Virus record (IMG/VR): IMGVR_UViG_2703719368_000026
Strand: one strand, 5' to 3'
DNA from: a virus
Taxonomy: Duplodnaviria > Heunggongvirae > Uroviricota > Caudoviricetes
DNA: 4,038 nucleotides
A program made the translations under genes and the position numbers. Each line of letters opens with the position of its first letter. Positions within the stretch are counted from its first letter, which is position 1. Positions 1 through 3,827 of the stretch are shown here, piece by piece. The notes beneath the pieces were generated by a model that was not told where the DNA came from, searched no databases, and saw only the letters and a list, made by a program, of their open reading frames with translations.

Positions 1-1119
1 TCAAATAACCAACTTAACCCATTCCTGACCTCGAGTATCGTTATAGCGATCGGTGGTTGCCTGGACTTTATGTCCTAGTAATGTTTTTGTATCGATACCC
101 TGTGCACGGTACAGCCGTTCTGATAGAGAGCGTTGTTCATGAAATGTTGGCGGAGTTTTTCCTGCTGGTGGAATTACCCCAGCCAGATCCCGTGCTTTGG
201 CAAAGTAGTCGCTCAGGTTGTCTTTACTCATCGGCTTCGGTTGTTTCTGGTGCCGACTATGGATTAGATATGGACTTAATATTCTGTCTCGGCACCCATC
301 AATAACTTCTTTTAACGTTATCCCAATGGCATCACAGCGTAGTGTAAGCGGTAACGCCAGACGCATTCCGGTTTTTCCCTGGGTGATATGCAAGTGTTCG
401 TTCCACACATCTGAAAAACGCATGTGGCAAATGTCATCACGGCGCTGACCAGTAACAATCGCAAGAAGCATTGCGTTACGGATAAAGTGTTTTTCAGGCG
501 TTGCATTGTAAATTTTTTGCCAGTCTTCCATGGTGAGCCTGGCTCTGGTTACTTTAGGGATCGGTTTACGGGTAGCCTCCGGAGGATTCCATCCAGGAGG
601 AACTTCCCCTGCATGCTGTGCTTCTTTATAAATATCAACCCATAATCCACGATTTACTCTCGCTGTACTGACCATGTCTTTATCCAGCCACTCATCCAGT
701 ATTAATGCAAAGTCTCTTACTTCCAGTTCTTTCAATGGGTGGTTTCCCAGACGGGAAACCAGGTATGCAGCCATTCGAGTTTTTTCTTTGTGAGTTGTAG
801 CTGCAATATCTCCATTTTTCAGTCGCGTGTCCTGTATTTTCAGATATCGATCAACCCATGCCTTTAATCTGATACCCCGACGTTTTGTTGCTGACGGACT
901 TTCATCAATTTTGCGCATGAAATATTCAGCTTCTGCTGCAGCTATTCGCTGATTGGCTGTGGAAGCGATTTTTTCTGCCTTACCTTTGTCTGTTCCGAGT
1001 CCGTGAAATTTTCCAGTCACAGGATTTTTATACTGGTAGTAAACTCTGCCAGTTCTGCGATCAAACTTTTCGTAAAGACCGGCTACGTCAGTGCTGTTTT
1101 TTCGTGGCCTCGGTGACAT
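1..1119 (-). CDS. int: Tyrosine site-specific recombinase (lambda-family integrase), complete
   Basis: 372-aa ORF. The C-terminal translation carries the lambda Int catalytic pattern (HEQRSLS ... LLGHK ... DRY, matching H-x-L-R / LLGH / nucleophile Tyr). ATG at 1119 is preceded by an AAGGAG Shine-Dalgarno (plus-strand CTCCTT 1131-1136). The start is overlapped by the 3' end of xis, as in lambda. The stop codon is window bases 1-3, so attL/attP core would lie just outside the window. Confidence 0.9.
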   Translation of the reverse strand: MSPRPRKNSTDVAGLYEKFDRRTGRVYYQYKNPVTGKFHGLGTDKGKAEKIASTANQRIAAAEAEYFMRKIDESPSATKRRGIRLKAWVDRYLKIQDTRLKNGDIAATTHKEKTRMAAYLVSRLGNHPLKELEVRDFALILDEWLDKDMVSTARVNRGLWVDIYKEAQHAGEVPPGWNPPEATRKPIPKVTRARLTMEDWQKIYNATPEKHFIRNAMLLAIVTGQRRDDICHMRFSDVWNEHLHITQGKTGMRLALPLTLRCDAIGITLKEVIDGCRDRILSPYLIHSRHQKQPKPMSKDNLSDYFAKARDLAGVIPPAGKTPPTFHEQRSLSERLYRAQGIDTKTLLGHKVQATTDRYNDTRGQEWVKLVI

Positions 1120-1357
1120 GAGTTAAAATCTCCTTCAGTGCATCATCATCGCCAGTATGAATTTCCGGCGCAATTCCCGTTTCACCAGGCCCAACAAATA
1201 CTGCTCGGCGATCTATCAGCCAACGCCCACGAATTTTTTGTGGTCTTGGAACGATGTATCCTAGTTTTCCGTATTTCACCAGGGTAGTGTTTGTTATTGG
1301 GAGACTGAACCGTTTTGGTTTCCACTCGTCGAGCGTTATCAGGTACTGTTCGCTCAT
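1088..1357 (-). CDS. xis: Excisionase (lambda Xis-like)
   Basis: Translation MSEQYLITLDEWKPKRFSL...GRWLIDRRAVFVGP resembles the lambda Xis N-terminus (MYLTLQEW...) and winged-helix core. ATG at 1357 has a GGAG Shine-Dalgarno 8 nt upstream; the ORF track extends 3 codons further to a GTG at 1366. The 3' end overlaps the int start by 32 nt. Confidence 0.75.
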   Translation of the reverse strand: MSEQYLITLDEWKPKRFSLPITNTTLVKYGKLGYIVPRPQKIRGRWLIDRRAVFVGPGETGIAPEIHTGDDDALKEILTHVTEATKKQH

Positions 1358-1375
1358 GGCTATCACTCCGGAACG

Positions 1376-1407
1376 CGCCAGTTGCAGAATATCAACGACA
1401 ACTGGCG
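1376..1407. repeat. Inverted repeat CGCCAGTTG-n14-CAACTGGCG upstream of xis
   Basis: 9-bp arms at 1376-1384 and 1399-1407 in the 84-bp gap between the 1442..1720 ORF and xis. No U-tract follows on either strand. Confidence 0.5.
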
Positions 1408-1441
1408 ACGGTTGAACATTAAAAATCAGCCTGACTCGGGA

Positions 1442-1720
1442 TCAGTTTTTGCCAGATAAGTAACGCCACGGGCAGGGGATCCCCTGCCGTTCGTATGAAC
1501 GGCGCAAAATCGTGTTGTCGAAGTTGGCTCCATTTCCCCAGACCTGAACAAAAAATTCACCGGAGTTTTCGTCGATAAATTCCCGCAATTGTAACAGTGC
1601 ATCATCTAACGGGATTTCATCGGTCATAATGGCAGATTGCGCTTCGCGTGATTGCTTAAGCCACCATTTAATGGTGTCCCTCGCCGTGTGCTTTCGTGTT
1701 GTGTGCCTGCTTTTTACCAC
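1442..1720 (-). CDS. Hypothetical protein in the leftward operon; possible remnant of a larger gene
   Basis: 92-codon ORF beginning with GTG at 1720; first in-frame ATG is at 1627, and no convincing RBS was seen for either. Contains GNGANFD, which weakly resembles the exo II motif (HNAxFD) of DEDD-type 3'-5' exonucleases, but the ORF is too short for a complete domain. An 18-bp perfect palindrome (1471-1488) lies in its 3' end. Coding status uncertain. Confidence 0.35.
   Translation of the reverse strand: MVKSRHTTRKHTARDTIKWWLKQSREAQSAIMTDEIPLDDALLQLREFIDENSGEFFVQVWGNGANFDNTILRRSYERQGIPCPWRYLSGKN
1471..1488. repeat. 18-bp perfect GC-rich palindrome GGCAGGGGATCCCCTGCC
   Basis: Read directly; centred on GGATCC. 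Lies in the 3' end of the 1442..1720 ORF (encodes QGIPCPW). No U-tract on either strand. Confidence 0.7.
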
Positions 1721-1744
1721 GTCAGGCGAGGTGGTCCCCGTTAT

Positions 1745-1790
1745 TCCCCAACAACAAGGATCTTGTTAATCTGGATATCCCCAACAACAA
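1745..1790. repeat. Two exact 13-bp direct repeats TCCCCAACAACAA (1745-1757 and 1778-1790) upstream of the cargo ORF
   Basis: Read directly: the repeats are 33 bp apart start-to-start. The second abuts the AAGAG Shine-Dalgarno, and the first bracket-repeat copy lies between them. Confidence 0.7.
1763..1780. repeat. Left copy of bracket repeat TTGTTAA-TCTGGATATCC (13-bp inverted repeat partner plus TTGTTAA direct repeat)
   Basis: AATCTGGATATCC (1768-1780) is the exact reverse complement of GGATATCCAGATT (2335-2347). TTGTTAA (1763-1769) is repeated directly at 2346-2352. The core GGATATCC is itself palindromic. Confidence 0.7.
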
Positions 1791-1804
1791 TAAGAGTATT
1801 GAAT

Positions 1805-2320
1805 GTGATCGCTGAATTAACGGCAGCAATGACGGCTATTCGTGAAACCGCCCAGATTGCAAAACTAATGAACGAGGCAAAAACTCAAGCTGAAGTAAAT
1901 GCGGCTATTGGTGAACTGAACTCAAAGCTTGCATCTATTCAGCGCGAATGCGTGTCTCTCGTTGAGCTGGTGGGCACTTATCAAGAAATAAATGCTTCTC
2001 TCAAAGCTAAAATTGCAGAATTTGAAAACTTTGAGGCTCAGACGGAAGGTTATATCCTTAGCCAACTTGAGTCGGGAACTTTTGTGTACTCGAAGGAGGT
2101 AACCGTGAACGGCGGCAGCATAATCATGCATCTTTGTCCAAAATGTTTTGGACAAAAGATAGTATCGATACTTCAGCCATTCCCGGTTAGAGAATATGAA
2201 TTTTTTCATAAAAGCAGGTGCCTGTACTGTAAAAATCAGTTTCTTATGAATAAAAATCCGGATTACGTATCACCTCCATCTATTGAAGAGTTGGCCAGAA
2301 AACTGAACGGCAATCTGTAG
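1805..2320 (+). CDS. Uncharacterised coiled-coil / C4 zinc-ribbon protein (candidate moron or exclusion/defence cargo gene)
   Basis: Long plus-strand ORF convergent with the leftward operon. Most plausible start is GTG 1805 with AAGAG (1792-1796) 8 nt upstream; alternative ATG at 1829. The TTG-initiated extension back to 1652 is rejected. The N-terminal ~100 residues are Ala/Glu/Lys/Gln-rich amphipathic helix; the C-terminus has CPKC-(24 aa)-CLYC. Looks AT-rich by eye relative to flanks, especially the 3' half (not computed). Stop TAG at 2318-2320. Confidence 0.65.
   Translation: MIAELTAAMTAIRETAQIAKLMNEAKTQAEVNAAIGELNSKLASIQRECVSLVELVGTYQEINASLKAKIAEFENFEAQTEGYILSQLESGTFVYSKEVTVNGGSIIMHLCPKCFGQKIVSILQPFPVREYEFFHKSRCLYCKNQFLMNKNPDYVSPPSIEELARKLNGNL
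2133..2156. repeat. Palindrome TTTGTCCAAAA-TG-TTTTGGACAAA inside the cargo ORF (11-bp arms, 2-nt spacer)
   Basis: Read directly. It encodes the LCPKCFGQ zinc-knuckle residues of the 1805..2320 protein. Confidence 0.7.
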
Positions 2321-2334
2321 ATTTTTACTGTTAT

Positions 2335-2352
2335 GGATATCCAGATTGTTAA
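2335..2352. repeat. Right copy of bracket repeat GGATATCCAGA-TTGTTAA
   Basis: Partner of 1763-1780, located 15 nt after the stop of the 1805..2320 ORF. Confidence 0.7.
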
Positions 2353-2359
2353 AGAGCAT

Positions 2360-2383
2360 GCCGGATGCTTGCTTGTGTCCGGC
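2360..2383. repeat. Hairpin-capable inverted repeat GCCGGA-n12-TCCGGC between the convergent cargo ORF and the leftward small ORF
   Basis: 6-bp GC-rich stem with a 12-nt loop in the 114-bp convergent intergenic gap. The minus strand follows with CUCUUU; the plus strand has no U-tract. Weak as a terminator. Confidence 0.3.
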
Positions 2384-2434
2384 GCGTGTGCACCACTCTC
2401 CCCCCGTGGAGGATTCCTTAATTACCAGATTTCA

Positions 2435-2665
2435 TTAGTCAGAGTTTCTTGCTAACCAGCGACGCGCGCCAGATTCGGTTTTAAACGTTTTGCTTTTGGT
2501 ATACGTCATCGCGGTGAACGTGCCGTCCTGGTTGGGAAACACGCCGCACACCAGAGATTCGTTGTTGCCAAGATCAAGAGTATCCATGCTGACCTCATAT
2601 CCCCTTAACGCCGGGGTAGCGGAACAAAAACCTGCTGCATAGTTAAAGTTGAACCCTGCCGTCAT
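2435..2665 (-). CDS. Small hypothetical protein, first ORF downstream of the P_L-like promoter (YdaF/YdaG-position ORF)
   Basis: 76-codon ORF with ATG at 2665 and a possible GAGG Shine-Dalgarno about 9 nt upstream. An internal ATG at 2587 (also GAGG-preceded) would give a 50-aa product. It sits where Rac carries ydaG/ydaF, but I cannot confirm sequence identity from memory. Not Arg-rich at the N-terminus, so not an obvious N-type antiterminator. Confidence 0.4.
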   Translation of the reverse strand: MTAGFNFNYAAGFCSATPALRGYEVSMDTLDLGNNESLVCGVFPNQDGTFTAMTYTKSKTFKTESGARRWLARNSD

Positions 2666-2765
2666 GTTCTTACGCCTCGGGCTGGCTACTTAATCCCTGA
2701 CCACTGCCGGGTAACTCTAGGTATTGCCCTGTATTGTGTGGGACGGGATGGGTTGGTATGGGAAA

Positions 2766-2794
2766 ACTATAGGAAATGCCTAATTGCTTGTCAA
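2766..2794 (-). promoter_or_regulatory. P_L-like sigma70 promoter for the leftward early operon
   Basis: On the minus strand: -35 TTGACA (plus coordinates 2789-2794), 17-nt spacer, -10 TATAGT (2766-2771). Predicted start near 2759, giving a ~90-nt leader before the ORF at 2665. Embedded in operator half-sites. Confidence 0.6.
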
Positions 2795-2829
2795 TAGGCT
2801 GCGCCTAATGATTTGGGTGCGACCTAATA
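2778..2829. promoter_or_regulatory. O_L-like operator cluster (GCCTAAT/ATTAGGC half-sites)
   Basis: GCCTAAT at 2778-2784 and 2803-2809, CCTAATA at 2823-2829, and TAGGC at 2795-2799. Read on the minus strand this is ATTAGGT-n12-ATTAGGC-gca-GCCTATTGACAA-gca-ATTAGGC-atttcc-TATAGT. Confidence 0.55.
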
Positions 2830-2867
2830 GGTGATGGTTTGTGGGAGAGGTAGTAGGAGTTAACTAA

Positions 2868-2887
2868 CGGGAACTAGGAATTTCCCG
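2868..2887 (-). terminator. Possible weak terminator hairpin downstream of racR
   Basis: CGGGAA (2868-2873) and TTCCCG (2882-2887) form a 6-bp stem with an 8-nt loop, 15 nt after the racR stop. The minus-strand sequence that follows (UUAGUUAACU) is only moderately U-rich, so this is weak. Confidence 0.25.
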
Positions 2888-2902
2888 TCGGACCATATAA
2901 GT

Positions 2903-3379
2903 TTAAGTTCCTGTCTTGGTGATGTTCTGGCTTTTCCGTTTTGATTCTTGATTTTTCAGATAGTTAGCTACCTTCATTTCCATTGCGGCAATGTAGGCAC
3001 GAACGTCATGATCAACCCAACTAGGCTCCGTAGCATTTCCAGATAAGAGGAAAGCCACAATTGCTCTTTTTTCATCAGAGGCGGCTTGATAAAGGCTGTT
3101 TATGTCTAAAAGTTCACTTTTTGTATCTGAAGTGGATGGGGTTGGTATGGGGTATTCGTTAAGCCCCCAATGCTCTGGACCAACCACATCAGAAAAGAAA
3201 CGCCATAGTTCTGGAAGTTTGTCTTTACTTATCGAACCTTTCTTAATCCAGTCATGGATTGATGGTGGTTGGACTTTGAAATGACGTGCGATTTCCGCCT
3301 TTGATTTGACGGCTCCTGATGCAATTTTTTTGTTAATGGCCTGCTCTATCGCTCGGCCTAAGTCTTTACCACTAAGCAT
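2903..3379 (-). CDS. racR: Prophage repressor, RacR-like (Cro/CI-type HTH, no S24 peptidase domain)
   Basis: 158-aa ORF, the same length as E. coli K-12 RacR as I recall it. HTH segment SKAEIARHFKVQPPSIHDWIKKGSI. ATG at 3379 has an AGGAGA Shine-Dalgarno about 10 nt upstream (plus-strand CTCCT 3391-3395). Divergent from ydaS with operator repeats between them. Stop TAA at 2903-2905. Confidence 0.85.
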   Translation of the reverse strand: MLSGKDLGRAIEQAINKKIASGAVKSKAEIARHFKVQPPSIHDWIKKGSISKDKLPELWRFFSDVVGPEHWGLNEYPIPTPSTSDTKSELLDINSLYQAASDEKRAIVAFLLSGNATEPSWVDHDVRAYIAAMEMKVANYLKNQESKRKSQNITKTGT

Positions 3380-3406
3380 TGCTTAATAGTCTCCTATGCG
3401 CATCGC

Positions 3407-3474
3407 ATTAGGCAATACCTACTCTCGAAGCGTTAGGCATAGCCTATTGACAATTGCATTAGGCTAAGCCTAAT
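3407..3474. promoter_or_regulatory. O_R-like operator cluster (ATTAGGC/GCCTAAT half-sites, including 17-bp palindrome ATTAGGC-TAA-GCCTAAT)
   Basis: ATTAGGC at 3407-3413; TTAGGC-ata-GCCTA palindrome at 3433-3446; ATTAGGC-taa-GCCTAAT palindrome at 3458-3474, lying between -35 and -10. The 12-mer GCCTATTGACAA (3442-3453) is identical to the minus-strand 12-mer at P_L. Confidence 0.55.
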
Positions 3475-3476
3475 AT
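3447..3476 (+). promoter_or_regulatory. P_R-like sigma70 promoter for ydaS-ydaT
   Basis: -35 TTGACA at 3447-3452 and -10 TAATAT at 3471-3476 with an 18-nt spacer (or CTAATA with 17). Predicted start near 3483, ahead of the GGAG Shine-Dalgarno and ATG 3504. Confidence 0.6.
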
Positions 3477-3503
3477 TATTGTGTGTTTTTTGGAGTTCAT
3501 TCG

Positions 3504-3827
3504 ATGAAAAAAGATAACTATTCATTCAAACGAGCTTGTGCTGTTGTCGGTGGGCAATCAGCAATGGCTAGGCTTTTAGGTGTATCTCCTCCAAGCGTAA
3601 ATCAATGGATCAAAGGTGTACGTCAGTTGCCTGCTGAGAGATGTCCTGCGATTGAACGAGCAACAAAAGGTGGTGTCCTGTGTGAAGAACTTCGTCCTGA
3701 TGTTGATTGGACATACTTACGACGCTCGTCATGTTATTCGCAGAATATGTCGATGAAGCAACCAAATGACGAAAACGATCATACCCGAAGCATCAAGAGG
3801 CAAATGATTCATGAAAATCAAACATGA
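3504..3827 (+). CDS. ydaS: Cro-like HTH regulator, YdaS family
   Basis: ATG at 3504 with GGAG (3492-3495) 8 nt upstream; the ORF track's GTG at 3483 gives a less likely 7-codon extension. HTH GGQSAMARLLGVSPPSVNQWIKG is typical of YdaS/Cro-like proteins. Transcribed divergently from racR, and its 3' end overlaps the ydaT start by 17 nt. Confidence 0.85.
   Translation: MKKDNYSFKRACAVVGGQSAMARLLGVSPPSVNQWIKGVRQLPAERCPAIERATKGGVLCEELRPDVDWTYLRRSSCYSQNMSMKQPNDENDHTRSIKRQMIHENQT

Noticed and set aside
1-60. Phage attachment site (attL/attP core) next to int
   Set aside because: The int stop codon is at window bases 1-3, so any att core would lie outside the window to the left.
318-506. Minus-strand 62-aa ORF inside int
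   Set aside because: It is an alternative reading frame within the integrase coding region, with no independent support.
57-645. Three plus-strand ORFs (57..305, 218..448, 424..645) from the six-frame track
   Set aside because: They lie entirely antisense to the well-supported integrase gene, have no RBS, and their translations look non-protein-like. Treated as frame artefacts.
1471-1488. The GC-rich palindrome as an intrinsic terminator
   Set aside because: There is no U-rich tract after the stem on either strand.
1442-1720. Annotating the 92-aa ORF as a DEDD 3'-5' exonuclease
   Set aside because: The resemblance rests on a single short motif (GNGANFD); the ORF is too short for a complete domain and I cannot verify it without a search. 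Kept as hypothetical.
1652-1804. N-terminal extension of the cargo ORF to the TTG at 1652 (the 222-aa version)
   Set aside because: It would start at TTG, overlap the convergent 1442..1720 ORF, and encode a Pro/Arg-rich segment (LKPPFNGVPRRVLSCCVPAFYHVRRGGPRYSPTT) that does not look like protein. GTG 1805 with an AAGAG Shine-Dalgarno, or ATG 1829, is much more plausible.
1745-1810. Type III toxin-antitoxin style RNA repeat array upstream of the cargo gene
   Set aside because: Only the first 13 nt of each 33-nt unit repeat, there are only two copies, and no terminator separates them from the ORF.
1922-2209. Minus-strand 95-aa ORF
   Set aside because: It is antisense within the AT-rich cargo ORF with a low-complexity translation; the plus-strand frame has the coherent helix and zinc-ribbon features.
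1805-2320. Calling the cargo protein a DksA/TraR-family regulator
   Set aside because: It has the coiled coil plus C4 finger, but the Cys spacing is 24 rather than about 17, there is no acidic DxxDxA tip motif, and the finger is not placed as in DksA. Left unassigned.
3102-3284. Plus-strand 60-aa ORF
   Set aside because: It is antisense inside the racR coding sequence.
3483-3503. GTG-initiated 7-codon extension of ydaS
   Set aside because: ATG 3504 has a properly spaced GGAG Shine-Dalgarno and gives the conserved MKKDNY start; the GTG would sit at the predicted transcription start.
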